DNA from: Thermoanaerobaculia bacterium
Lineage (GTDB): Bacteria; Acidobacteriota; Thermoanaerobaculia; Gp7-AA8
Direction of reading: 5' to 3'
NCBI GenBank assembly: GCA_041483175.1
Contig: JBGPFD010000001.1
Coordinates: 1-47,807, forward strand
DNA length: 47,807 nucleotides
Both the position numbers and the translations under genes were made by a program. Under the pieces are notes generated by a model, which was given only the letters and a program-made list of their open reading frames with translations, had not been told where the DNA came from and made no database searches. Shown here in pieces: positions 8,916 through 17,524 of the stretch; the first letter of the stretch is position 1; every line of letters starts with the position of its first letter.

Positions 8916-9920
8916 TCATCGCGCGCCAAAAAACCGGATGGCCCAGAATGCCGCCGCGCCGATGAAGGCGGCCATTGGAATGGTCAGTACCCACGCCCAT
9001 ACGATCTGCCCCGCGACTCCCCAGCGCACGGCCGACAGGCGCCGCGTCGCGCCCACGCCGACGATGGAACCGGTGATGGCGTGCGTGGTCGAAACCGGGA
9101 TGCCGAAGTGCGTCGCCGTGAAGATGGCAATGGCCGCGCCGGTTTCCGCGGAGAAACCGCTCACCGGCTGCAGCTTGGTGATCTTGGAGCCCATGGTGTG
9201 AATGATCCGCCATCCGCCGGCCAGCGTGCCGAGTGCAATCGCGGCGTGCGCGGCAAGAATGACCCACAGCGGAATGGTGAAGTGAGTGAGATAGCCGGCG
9301 GTGACCAGAACGCCGGCGATGATGCCCATCGTCTTCTGCGCGTCGTTGGTCCCATGGCTGAGGCTGAAGAGCGCGGCGGATACGAGTTGCAGATGGCGGA
9401 ACCATTTATCGACTTTCCGCGGCACCGCATCGCGGAAGATCCAGAAGGTCGCGGTCATCAGTGCCAGCCCGCCAACCATTCCGAGCAGGGGCGACAGGAC
9501 GATGAAGAGCAGCGTTTTCGTCCAGCCGCCGGGGATGATGACCGACAGCGTCATGGCCCGCGCCACAGCGGCTCCAGCATAGCCGCCGATCAGCGCGTGT
9601 GACGAGCTGGTGGGGAGTCCGAAATACCAGGTGATGAGGTCCCAGATGATGGCGCCAAGGAGCCCGGAAAAAATCACGCCGAAGGTGACCGCGGACAGAT
9701 CGATCATGCCGTTGCCAATGGTCTTGGCGACGGCGGTACCGAAGCCGAAGGCGGCCACGAAGTTGAAGAACGCGGCCCAGACCACCGCCTGGGCGGGAGA
9801 GAGCACACGGGTCGAGACCACCGTGGCGATCGAGTTCGCCGCATCGTGAAAGCCGTTGATGAAATCGAACGCCAGGGCGACGGCGATCAGTCCGGCGACG
9901 ATCAGCAGTTGGCTGGACAT
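8916..9920 (-). CDS. Inorganic phosphate transporter, PiT family.
   Basis: GFHDAANSIAT and GTNDAQKTMGII signature repeats are present. ATG 9920 (MSSQLL) overlaps the DUF47 TGA by 1 nt. Confidence 0.9.
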   Translation of the reverse strand: MSSQLLIVAGLIAVALAFDFINGFHDAANSIATVVSTRVLSPAQAVVWAAFFNFVAAFGFGTAVAKTIGNGMIDLSAVTFGVIFSGLLGAIIWDLITWYFGLPTSSSHALIGGYAGAAVARAMTLSVIIPGGWTKTLLFIVLSPLLGMVGGLALMTATFWIFRDAVPRKVDKWFRHLQLVSAALFSLSHGTNDAQKTMGIIAGVLVTAGYLTHFTIPLWVILAAHAAIALGTLAGGWRIIHTMGSKITKLQPVSGFSAETGAAIAIFTATHFGIPVSTTHAITGSIVGVGATRRLSAVRWGVAGQIVWAWVLTIPMAAFIGAAAFWAIRFFGAR

Positions 9921-10540
9921 CAGCCGTGCTTCACCACGACGTTTTCCAGCATATTGGCCACGTCTTCGCAGCGATCGGTCGCATCTTCGAGCAGATCGAG
10001 GATTTCCTTCCACTTCATGACCGCGATCGGATCGCGTTCCTGGTCGAAGAGCTGCCCGACGGCGCGAAGATGGGCGCGATCGGCTTCGTTCTCCAGCCGG
10101 TTGATTTCCACGGCGCGCTCGAGCACCCCGGCGCGACGCTCCAGCGCTTCCACGGCCAGCAGAATCTGATCGGTGGAAGCGGAGATGATGCGCGTCAGCT
10201 CGCGGGCGCCCGGGCGAACCGTGTCGATGCCGTAGAGAGGGATGAGCGAGGCGGCGTCGTCGATGGCATCGATGACGTCGTCGAGCGACCGCGCCAGCGA
10301 GTGAATGTCCTCACGATCGATCGGCGTCACGAAGGTCTTGTTCAGGCGCTGGATGATCTCGTGGGTGAGGAAGTCGCACTTGTGCTCGACCTCACGGATC
10401 TCGTGCGCCTTGTCCGCCACCGGTGGATCGGTGGCAAACATTTCCTCGAGCAGCCGCGCGCCGGTGCGCAACTGATCGGCCATGGCCATGAAATCTGTGT
10501 AGAACTTTTCCTCTCGCGGAATCAGATGGAATCGTGACAA
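9920..10540 (-). CDS. DUF47 family (PhoU-like) PiT accessory protein.
   Basis: MSRFHLIPREEKFYTDFMAMAD is typical of DUF47/YkaA. TTG start with a ggagg RBS 8 nt upstream. It is translationally coupled to the PiT gene. Confidence 0.85.
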   Translation of the reverse strand: MSRFHLIPREEKFYTDFMAMADQLRTGARLLEEMFATDPPVADKAHEIREVEHKCDFLTHEIIQRLNKTFVTPIDREDIHSLARSLDDVIDAIDDAASLIPLYGIDTVRPGARELTRIISASTDQILLAVEALERRAGVLERAVEINRLENEADRAHLRAVGQLFDQERDPIAVMKWKEILDLLEDATDRCEDVANMLENVVVKHG

Positions 10541-10586
10541 CGCTGGACCTCCGTCTTGAAAAACGGCGAGATTCTATCAGGCCGCT

Positions 10587-10721
10587 CTACGGCATCGGGA
10601 GCCCCATCGTGAAGGTCGAGCCGTCCCCTTTCTCGCTGCGGACGCGAATCCACCCGTTGTGAGCTTCGACAACGGCCCTGGTGATGTACAGCCAGAGGCC
10701 GAGGCCCCTGTATAGAAATCC
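10587..10721 (-). pseudogene. Relic of a histidine kinase C-terminus (HATPase_c G2 box to stop), with no upstream body.
   Basis: Translation gives GFLYRGLGLWLYITRAVVEAHNGWIRVRSEKGDGSTFTMGLPMP*. The reading frame upstream of it is only the antisense of mazG. Confidence 0.6.
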
Positions 10722-10745
10722 CCAGGCGCGGCAGTTGGGCGCCGC

Positions 10746-10751
10746 TAAAAT
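10746..10751 (+). promoter_or_regulatory. Candidate -10 box (TAAAAT) 6 nt upstream of the mazG ATG; possible leaderless transcript.
   Basis: gccgcTAAAATgcgcacATG, with no Shine-Dalgarno sequence between them. Confidence 0.3.
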
Positions 10752-10757
10752 GCGCAC

Positions 10758-11540
10758 ATGTCGAAACGCTCGTTCGACGACCTCGTCGCGCTGATGACTA
10801 CCCTTCGCGGCTCGAACGGATGCCCGTGGGATCGCAAGCAGACGCTTGCCAGCCTCAAGCCGTTCATCGTGGAGGAATCGTACGAGGTTGTCGACGCCAT
10901 CGACCGTGACGACCGTCAAGCTTTGCAAGAAGAACTCGGTGACTTTCTCCTCCAGGCCGTGTTCGTCGCCGAGATTGCGCGTGAGGAAGGTTCCTTCACC
11001 ATCGACGACGCCGTCACCGCGATTTACGACAAGCTCGTCCGCAGGCATCCCCACGTTTTCGGCGACGTGGAAGCCAACGACGCGGAGCAGGTGCTGGTCA
11101 ACTGGGAAAAGCTGAAAAATGAGGAGCGCAAGACGGAGAACAAGGGCGTGCTGTCGGGGGTTCCGCAGTCGCTTCCGGCGCTGCTCAAGGCCTCGCGGCT
11201 GACGGAGAAGGCGGCCCGCGTCGGCTTCGACTGGCGGCGCGCCGAGGATGTGTTCGCCAAGATCGACGAAGAGATCGGCGAGCTGCGCGATGCCGTCGCG
11301 GAGCGCGACCCGCAGAAGATTCACGATGAGATCGGCGATCTGCTGTTCACCATCGCCAACATCGCGCGCAAGCTGGAAGCGAGCGCCGAAGAGGCGTTGC
11401 AATCGTCGAATCGGAAGTTCCGGCGGCGCTTCGAGGCGATGGAACGCGCCGTGCGCGCCGACGGCCGCAATCTCGATCAGCTCACGCTCGAGCAGATGGA
11501 TGCCCTATGGGACGAGGCAAAGGCCGCCGAGCACTCCTGA
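10758..11540 (+). CDS. mazG: Nucleoside triphosphate pyrophosphohydrolase MazG.
   Basis: FDDLVALMTTLRGSNGCPWDRKQTLASLKPFIVEESYEVVDAI together with the second MazG repeat EEIGELRDAV...EIGDLLFTIANIAR. Confidence 0.9.
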   Translation: MSKRSFDDLVALMTTLRGSNGCPWDRKQTLASLKPFIVEESYEVVDAIDRDDRQALQEELGDFLLQAVFVAEIAREEGSFTIDDAVTAIYDKLVRRHPHVFGDVEANDAEQVLVNWEKLKNEERKTENKGVLSGVPQSLPALLKASRLTEKAARVGFDWRRAEDVFAKIDEEIGELRDAVAERDPQKIHDEIGDLLFTIANIARKLEASAEEALQSSNRKFRRRFEAMERAVRADGRNLDQLTLEQMDALWDEAKAAEHS

Positions 11541-11797
11541 TCGCTGCCTGCGCGCTGCTGCTGCTTGCCGCGCAGCTCTTCGGCACACGCCCGGCGCTCT
11601 TGGCCATCGACGAGTACCGCGCGCACATCTCGCCGCACCTGCGCGGAATCGTCGAATGTCGCTTCGTCCCGAGCTGCTCGTATTACGGCCGGGAGTCGAT
11701 TCGCCAGCACGGCCTGCTGCTCGGCGGCGCCAAAACGGTGTGGCGCATCGCGCGATGCGGACCGTGGACGCCGCTCCATACGCCCGACCCACCGTGA
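11507..11797 (+). CDS. yidD: Membrane protein insertion efficiency factor YidD.
   Basis: YRAHISPHLRGIVECRFVPSCSYYGRESIRQHG...RIARCGPW matches the DUF37/YidD pattern. The start is uncertain, because ATG 11507 overlaps the mazG end by 34 nt. Confidence 0.8.
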   Translation: MGRGKGRRALLIAACALLLLAAQLFGTRPALLAIDEYRAHISPHLRGIVECRFVPSCSYYGRESIRQHGLLLGGAKTVWRIARCGPWTPLHTPDPP

Positions 11798-11803
11798 ACG
11801 GGA

Positions 11804-11880
11804 TACGGCACGGCGCAGCCGTGCCCTGCACAACCGGTTCTTGCATCGGCACCGTAGGGCACGGCTGCGCCGTGCCGCAC
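11804..11880. repeat. GC-rich inverted-repeat element made of two copies of a self-folding 22-mer, between convergent yidD and nth.
   Basis: cggcacggcgcagccgtgccct at 11806..11827 has its exact reverse complement at 11856..11877. Each copy is itself a hairpin (ggcacggc-gca-gccgtgcc). Confidence 0.8.
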
Positions 11881-11886
11881 CCCGGA

Positions 11887-12534
11887 TTACTCCAGAGGTT
11901 CTTCGGCGCTCGGGCAAAGTTCGTTCAATCGGCATTCGCGGCACTTCGGTTTGCGTGCGACGCAGATCTGGCGGCCGTGGAAGATCAGCCGGTGTGAAAA
12001 GGCGGTCCACTCTTTTTTCGGGATCAGCTGCATCAGGTCCTGCTCGATCTTCTCGGCGTCTGTATTCGACGTCAGACCGAGGCGGCCGGAGACACGCGTG
12101 ACATGGGTATCGACGACGACACCCACCGGAGTTCCGAACGCATTTGCCAGGACGACATTCGCGGTCTTGCGTCCGACGCCCGGCAGGGACGTCAACTCCT
12201 CCATCGTTCGCGGGACCTCGCCGCCGTGCCTGTCGACGATTGCTTTCGACGCGGCGATGACCGCCTTGGCCTTGTTGCGGTAGAAGCCGGTCTGGCGCAC
12301 GTCGCGCTCCATCTCGACCTGATCGGCGGCGGCGAACGCCCGCGAATCGGGATACTTCCGAAACAGCGACTTGGTCACGATGTTCACCCGCACGTCGGTC
12401 GATTGCGCCGACAACATCGTTGCGATCAGCAGCTCGAACGGATTCGTGAAATCGAGCGTGCATTTCGCTTTCCGGTACATCCGTTTGAGGCAGGAGTTGA
12501 TGTCCAGCGCGCGTTCCTGCTTCTTGGTGGCCAT
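11887..12534 (-). CDS. nth: Endonuclease III.
   Basis: FELLIATMLSAQSTD, LPGVGRKTANVVL, DTHVTRV and the C-terminal 4Fe-4S motif CVARKPKCRECRLNELC. ATG 12534 (MATKKQ). The longer track ORF (to 13047) is an upstream shadow opposite hutU. Confidence 0.9.
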   Translation of the reverse strand: MATKKQERALDINSCLKRMYRKAKCTLDFTNPFELLIATMLSAQSTDVRVNIVTKSLFRKYPDSRAFAAADQVEMERDVRQTGFYRNKAKAVIAASKAIVDRHGGEVPRTMEELTSLPGVGRKTANVVLANAFGTPVGVVVDTHVTRVSGRLGLTSNTDAEKIEQDLMQLIPKKEWTAFSHRLIFHGRQICVARKPKCRECRLNELCPSAEEPLE

Positions 12535-12558
12535 CAAAACGTAGGGTACCAGTTGCCA

Positions 12559-12564
12559 TAGAAT
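12559..12564 (+). promoter_or_regulatory. Candidate -10 box (TAGAAT) 6 nt upstream of the hutU ATG; possible leaderless transcript.
   Basis: gttgccaTAGAATcggcgcATG, with no Shine-Dalgarno sequence. Confidence 0.3.
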
Positions 12565-12570
12565 CGGCGC

Positions 12571-14241
12571 ATGACCACCACACTTCACGAGCCCCGCACG
12601 GTCCGTGCCCCGCGCGGCACCGAGATCTCCTGCAGGAGCTGGCAGCAGGAGGCCGCGCTGCGGATGCTGATGAACAACCTCGATCCGGACGTGGCCGAGC
12701 GGCCGGAACAGCTCATCGTGTACGGCGGCATCGGCAAAGCGGCGCGGAACTGGGAGTGCTTCGATGCGATCGTGGCCACGCTCAAACGGCTGGAGAACGA
12801 CGAGACGCTGCTGGTGCAGTCGGGAAAACCGGTGGGCGTCTTCAAGACACACGAGAACGCACCGCGCGTGCTGATCGCCAACGCCAATCTCGTCCCGCAC
12901 TGGGGCACCTGGGACGAGTTCCGCCGGCTCGACGCCCTGGGCCTGACGATGTACGGGCAGATGACCGCCGGTTCGTGGATTTACATCGGCACGCAGGGAA
13001 TCCTGCAGGGAACCTTCGAGTGCTTCGCCGCCGTGGCACGGACGCATTTCCAGAACAGCCTGCGCGGCAAGCTGGTGGTCAGCGCCGGGCTGGGCGGGAT
13101 GGGGGGCGCGCAGCCGCTTGCCGCGACAATGAACGAGGCGACGGCGCTGATCGCCGAGGTCGACCGCTCGCGGATTCAGCGCCGTCTCGACAAGGGCTAC
13201 CTCGATGAAGAAGCGCCGTCACTCGATGCGGCAATCGAACGCGCCCTCCACGCCCGCGACGCAGGCAAGGCGGTGTCGATCGGCGTGGTGGCCAACGCGG
13301 TCGATCTGCTCGACGCGCTCGCCGCCCGCGGCATCGTTCCCGACGTGTTGACCGACCAGACCTCGGCGCATGACGAGCTGAACGGCTACGTGCCTGCCGG
13401 GATGTCATACGACGCGGCACTCGCACTCCGCGCCAGCAGCCCCGAGATGTACGTCGAGCTTTCCTACAAAACCATGGCTCGCCACATGCGCGCCATGATC
13501 GAGCTGCAGCGGCGCGGGGCGATCACCTTCGACTACGGCAACAACCTGCGCGGCCAGGCGCAGAAAGCCGGCGTGAAAGAGGCGTTCGAGGTCAGCGGCT
13601 TCGTGCCGCTGTTCATCCGGCCGCTCTTCTGCGAGGGAAAGGGGCCGTTCCGCTGGGCCGCACTGTCGGGCGACCCGAACGATCTCTACGTGACAGACGA
13701 AGAATTACTCACGTTATTTCATAACGATAAATCATTACATCGCTGGATCCGCATGGCGCAGAAGCGTGTGCAGTTCCAGGGGCTGCCGGCGCGCATCTGC
13801 TGGCTGGGATACGGCGAGCGAGCGAAGGCGGGGGCGCTCTTCAACCGGCTGGTCGCGGAGGGAAAGGTGCAAGCGCCGATCGTCATCGGGCGCGACCATC
13901 TGGACGCCGGGTCGGTGGCCTCGCCGAATCGCGAGACCGAAGGGATGAAGGACGGGTCGGACGCCATCGCCGACTGGCCGATTCTCAACGCGCTCCTCAA
14001 CGCCGTCGCCGGCGCGACGTGGGTTTCGGTGCATCACGGTGGCGGCGTCGGCATTGGCTATTCGATTCACGCCGGAATGGTGGTCGTTGCCGACGGAACC
14101 GCGGTTGCGGCGGAGCGACTGCAGCGCGTTCTGACCACCGATCCTGGAACGGGCGTCATGCGCCACGCCGACGCGGGATACGAAAAAGCGATTGAGGTCG
14201 CGCGCGAGCGGGGCGTCGATCTGCCGATGTTGCCAACGTAG
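12571..14241 (+). CDS. hutU: Urocanate hydratase.
   Basis: 556 aa with [43 protein letters not shown] and [18 protein letters not shown], both characteristic of HutU. Confidence 0.95.
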   Translation: MTTTLHEPRTVRAPRGTEISCRSWQQEAALRMLMNNLDPDVAERPEQLIVYGGIGKAARNWECFDAIVATLKRLENDETLLVQSGKPVGVFKTHENAPRVLIANANLVPHWGTWDEFRRLDALGLTMYGQMTAGSWIYIGTQGILQGTFECFAAVARTHFQNSLRGKLVVSAGLGGMGGAQPLAATMNEATALIAEVDRSRIQRRLDKGYLDEEAPSLDAAIERALHARDAGKAVSIGVVANAVDLLDALAARGIVPDVLTDQTSAHDELNGYVPAGMSYDAALALRASSPEMYVELSYKTMARHMRAMIELQRRGAITFDYGNNLRGQAQKAGVKEAFEVSGFVPLFIRPLFCEGKGPFRWAALSGDPNDLYVTDEELLTLFHNDKSLHRWIRMAQKRVQFQGLPARICWLGYGERAKAGALFNRLVAEGKVQAPIVIGRDHLDAGSVASPNRETEGMKDGSDAIADWPILNALLNAVAGATWVSVHHGGGVGIGYSIHAGMVVVADGTAVAAERLQRVLTTDPGTGVMRHADAGYEKAIEVARERGVDLPMLPT

Positions 14242-14847
14242 CTACGATCCGCTCTCGGCGACCTGCACTCCGAGGCGCTTCAGTTCCCGCTGGGCCTCGC
14301 GGCCGCGGCGGGGAAAGAGGCAGCGCTGATCCCAGATGGCACGATAGGCATCGATGGCCGACTGCCGATCGCCGGCGAGCGCCTTCTTTCTGGCCTCGTC
14401 GAGCTGCGATTCGATCGCCATGTCGCGCTCGGCGCGCTTGTCGCGCACGAGTCGCTCCACCGCCCGCACACGCAACGAACCACGGTCGGCGGCGACTTTC
14501 CCGAGCTCGGCCCCGTTACCGTCGACGAGGATGGCGATCGGAAGCGAGCCGGCGGCGCCGAGTTTCGCGATTCGCGCAGCGTCGTCCGGCCGGACCACCT
14601 TCATCGCCACGCACTGCGATGCGTAGAAAGTCAGCGGCCGCGAGATCAGCAGATCGGAATGTTTGAAATCATCCGGCGACGCCGGAATCCAGTAGAGGAC
14701 GAGCGGTGCGGTGGGCGCCGCGTCGCCGGGCGCAAGCACTTTCCACGGGACGAAGGAAAGGGGCCCATCCAGATCGGCGCCCGGTACGCCGCCGGCGAAC
14801 AAAACCACTGCCATGGCCGACGCGAGTCGAACCAACACGACGCGCAT
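14242..14847 (-). CDS. Secreted hypothetical protein (possible thioredoxin-like fold without CxxC).
   Basis: An aggag RBS, ATG 14847 and the signal peptide MRVVLVRLASAMAVVLFAGGVPGA. No catalytic motif recognised. Its stop abuts the hutU stop back to back (TAGCTA). Confidence 0.6.
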   Translation of the reverse strand: MRVVLVRLASAMAVVLFAGGVPGADLDGPLSFVPWKVLAPGDAAPTAPLVLYWIPASPDDFKHSDLLISRPLTFYASQCVAMKVVRPDDAARIAKLGAAGSLPIAILVDGNGAELGKVAADRGSLRVRAVERLVRDKRAERDMAIESQLDEARKKALAGDRQSAIDAYRAIWDQRCLFPRRGREAQRELKRLGVQVAESGS

Positions 14848-14893
14848 GCCGCAACTCCTCTCGACGAGTGCGGCGGATTATATCGACTGTGGC

Positions 14894-14899
14894 TAGAAT
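14894..14899 (+). promoter_or_regulatory. Candidate -10 box (TAGAAT) 8 nt upstream of the cupin ATG; possible leaderless transcript.
   Basis: tgtggcTAGAATcgccgtcaATG. Confidence 0.3.
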
Positions 14900-14907
14900 C
14901 GCCGTCA

Positions 14908-15240
14908 ATGGCCGGCGCGAAGCTCCATCCAGCCGATTTTCTTTCCCGCATTCCAGGGCCCGCCGGGGAACGATCGACCCTAGTGTTCGAGCACGGCACG
15001 CTGACCGTGAAGCTGTACGCGCCGCGCGGCACCGATCCGCAGCAGCCGCATGGCCGCGATGAGGCGTACATCGTGATCCGCGGGCGCGGCACGTTCGTGC
15101 ATGGCGACCGGCGCGATCGATTTGAGCCCGATGATTTTCTCTGGGCGCCCGCGGGCTTGTCGCACCGCTTCGAGAACTTCACCGACGATCTGCTGGTCTG
15201 GGTGATTTATTACGGCGTGGAGGGAGGCGAGAGTTCGTAG
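14908..15240 (+). CDS. Cupin domain-containing protein.
   Basis: HGRDEAYIVIRGRGTFVHGDRRDRFEPDDFLWAPAGLSHRFENF is a cupin two-motif pattern. I chose ATG 14908; the upstream part of the track ORF overlaps the preceding gene in antisense. Confidence 0.7.
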   Translation: MAGAKLHPADFLSRIPGPAGERSTLVFEHGTLTVKLYAPRGTDPQQPHGRDEAYIVIRGRGTFVHGDRRDRFEPDDFLWAPAGLSHRFENFTDDLLVWVIYYGVEGGESS

Positions 15241-15250
15241 TTCGTAGTGA

Positions 15251-15556
15251 TTACGACGACCAGCGCTCGCCGCACGAGGCGCAGCGCCATCGCGGCGCGA
15301 TGAGGAAGAAGATGCCCCCCGAAAGCGCGAAGAGGAATGCGGCCATCATCTGATCGACAGCCATGCCGAGGCCGAAGGCGAGCAGGAGAAAGAGAGCGTA
15401 GCTGTGCAGCTTGCGTACGCGGCGGACGTCGGGCGATCCGCACGCCTGGCAATGTTCCGGCGGGCGCGCCGGTTCGGCATCGCTCGGCCTGACGAATTCG
15501 GCGTGCTCCACGCCGTACAGCCGGTTCAGAGATTCATCCCGATCATCGGAGCGCAT
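15251..15556 (-). CDS. Small hypothetical membrane protein with split CxxC...CxxC pairs.
   Basis: CQACGSPD, then two hydrophobic helices, then CASCGERW. ATG 15556. No family recognised. Confidence 0.5.
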   Translation of the reverse strand: MRSDDRDESLNRLYGVEHAEFVRPSDAEPARPPEHCQACGSPDVRRVRKLHSYALFLLLAFGLGMAVDQMMAAFLFALSGGIFFLIAPRWRCASCGERWSS

Positions 15557-15589
15557 GACGTAATCCGGTCACGCTGGTAAATTGATTCC

Positions 15590-17434
15590 ATGCGCTGGAA
15601 ATTCGCGGCGTTGGTCCTCTTCCTTGCGGTCTCGCCGGCGTTCGGAAAATCGCTCTACTGGCGCGCGCTCGACGTCAACGCCCGGCTCGATGCCGACGGC
15701 CGCCTGCACGTGCGCGAACAGCAGGCTATGGTCTTCGATGGCGATTGGAACGGCGGCGAACGGCGGTTCAATCTGCGGCAGGGGCAGGTCCTCGATTTCA
15801 AAGGCATGAGCCGGGTCGAGGACGGGCGCGAGATCGAGCTCACACGCGGCGATCTCTCTCGAGTCGATCACTGGGACTTCGCCGGCGCGAATATCATCCG
15901 CTGGCGCAGCCGGCTGCCGGGCAACGCTCCGTTCCGAAATCAAGAACTGATCTACGTGCTCGACTACGTCCTCTCGAACATTCTTGACCAGTCGGGCGGC
16001 CGCGTGCACCTGCAGCACGATTTCGCATTTCCCGATCGCGCGGGCGTGATCAAGAGCTATTCATTGCATTTGGAGCTCGATCCGGCATGGGAAGGCCTCA
16101 AATCGCCGCTGGACACCCATCGCCAAAATCTTGCGCCGGGACAGAGCATGGTGATCGTCGCCAATCTGACGTATGCCGGCGCCGGCAAGCCGGCGGCGAT
16201 CCATGTTTCGCCTTCTCGCCTCCAACTCCTCTTCCTTCCGATTCTGATGCTGCTGGCGGGTGCACTGCTGACACTTTACTTCTACTGGAACGAAGTGCAG
16301 AAGGGACGTTTCGCGCCGCTGTTCCCGCAAGCGCTCATCAACGACCAATGGCTGCAGCGATACGTCTTTTCGCTGCCACCCGAAGCGGTCGGCGCAGCAT
16401 GGGACGAAAAGACCGGCGCGCCGGAGGTCTGCGCGATCATCGCCCGGATGGCGCAGGAAAAGAAACTGACGACCTGGGTCACCGAGGAAAGCCACCTCCT
16501 GGGAACGATACAGATTCTTCATCTGCGACTGAATGTCGACTGGAATACCTTGCCGGGTGGCGAGAAGGAGCTCATCGAGGCGCTTTTTCTGGGGAAGCTG
16601 GAAACCGATACGAAGGCGATCGCCGCGTACTACCGCAACACCGGTTTTCGTCCCGAATCGCTGATCCGCGGTTCGATCGACCTCACGCTGGGGATGGTGC
16701 CCGAATGGAGCAAGCCGGAACGCGCTGTAACGACAGGCGAGATCTTCGTGGGGCTCTTTGCCTTCGTCTGTGGTTTTGTCGCGCTCAGAAACAAAGCGGA
16801 CGGGCTCGACGTGCTGCTGTTGCTCGCCGGAATGGTGATCATGCTGGGACTGGTCATCGCTGTAGGAGTGCGCCACAGCGCGGAGCGGCTCATGACCACG
16901 ATGTCGCCGATCTTCGCCTGGCTGATTCTGATTGTCGTCGGGATGGCCTGCTACCTCGGCGCCGAGCTCGAGGTCTCTTCGTTGTTTCTCGTGCCCGCCG
17001 CGTTTGGAGGCGTCGCGCTGGCGGCACTGATTCTCCTGGTGAGCCGCTCGCGCGATTCGGTGACCAAGCTCGCCTTTCGGCGCCGCCTCGCCGCCGCGCG
17101 CGCGTTCTTCAAGTCGCAGCTCCGCTTGCCGCATCCACGCCTGCGCGACGAGTGGTACCCGTACCTCGTCGCACTCGGATTGGGCGGCGACGTCGACCAC
17201 TGGTTCCGTTCGTTCTCAGGGGCAACGAGCAGCACCAGTAATTGGTCGGGCAGCTCCTCGGGCAGCTCCTCCTCGAGCTGGACCGGCGGCGGGGGCGCGT
17301 TCGGCGGCGCCGGGGCGAGCGGCTCGTGGGCGGCGATGTCGGCGCTCGGGGGCGGCGTCGCGGCCCCCGGCTCCAGCGGTGGCGGGGGCGGTGGGGGTGG
17401 GGGTGGGGGTTCGGGCGGGGGCGGCGGGTGGTGA
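15590..17434 (+). CDS. DUF2207 domain-containing membrane protein with a Gly/Ser-rich tail.
   Basis: Signal peptide, then YWRALDVNARLDADGRLHVREQQAMVFDGDWNGGERRF, multiple TM helices and a C-terminal ...SSGGGGGGGGGGSGGGGGW tail typical of DUF2207. Confidence 0.75.
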   Translation: MRWKFAALVLFLAVSPAFGKSLYWRALDVNARLDADGRLHVREQQAMVFDGDWNGGERRFNLRQGQVLDFKGMSRVEDGREIELTRGDLSRVDHWDFAGANIIRWRSRLPGNAPFRNQELIYVLDYVLSNILDQSGGRVHLQHDFAFPDRAGVIKSYSLHLELDPAWEGLKSPLDTHRQNLAPGQSMVIVANLTYAGAGKPAAIHVSPSRLQLLFLPILMLLAGALLTLYFYWNEVQKGRFAPLFPQALINDQWLQRYVFSLPPEAVGAAWDEKTGAPEVCAIIARMAQEKKLTTWVTEESHLLGTIQILHLRLNVDWNTLPGGEKELIEALFLGKLETDTKAIAAYYRNTGFRPESLIRGSIDLTLGMVPEWSKPERAVTTGEIFVGLFAFVCGFVALRNKADGLDVLLLLAGMVIMLGLVIAVGVRHSAERLMTTMSPIFAWLILIVVGMACYLGAELEVSSLFLVPAAFGGVALAALILLVSRSRDSVTKLAFRRRLAAARAFFKSQLRLPHPRLRDEWYPYLVALGLGGDVDHWFRSFSGATSSTSNWSGSSSGSSSSSWTGGGGAFGGAGASGSWAAMSALGGGVAAPGSSGGGGGGGGGGGSGGGGGW

Positions 17435-17524
17435 GGAACCGCTGTCCGATCGCGCGTGCAATCAGTACGCGGGCGGCCACGCGATCCGGCGCAGATCAGT
17501 GATGCGGCTTCGCCGCTGCGCGGA

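Noticed and set aside
10587-11402. 271-aa minus-strand ORF as a full-length gene.
   Set aside because: Only the last 44 codons resemble a real protein (a histidine kinase end). The rest is the antisense of mazG, which has strong family motifs. I kept only the relic, as a pseudogene.
14239-14244. Back-to-back convergent stop codons TAG/CTA with zero spacer between hutU and the secreted hypothetical gene.
   Set aside because: It is real but probably only reflects compact gene packing. No associated structure is visible and I could not attach a function to it.
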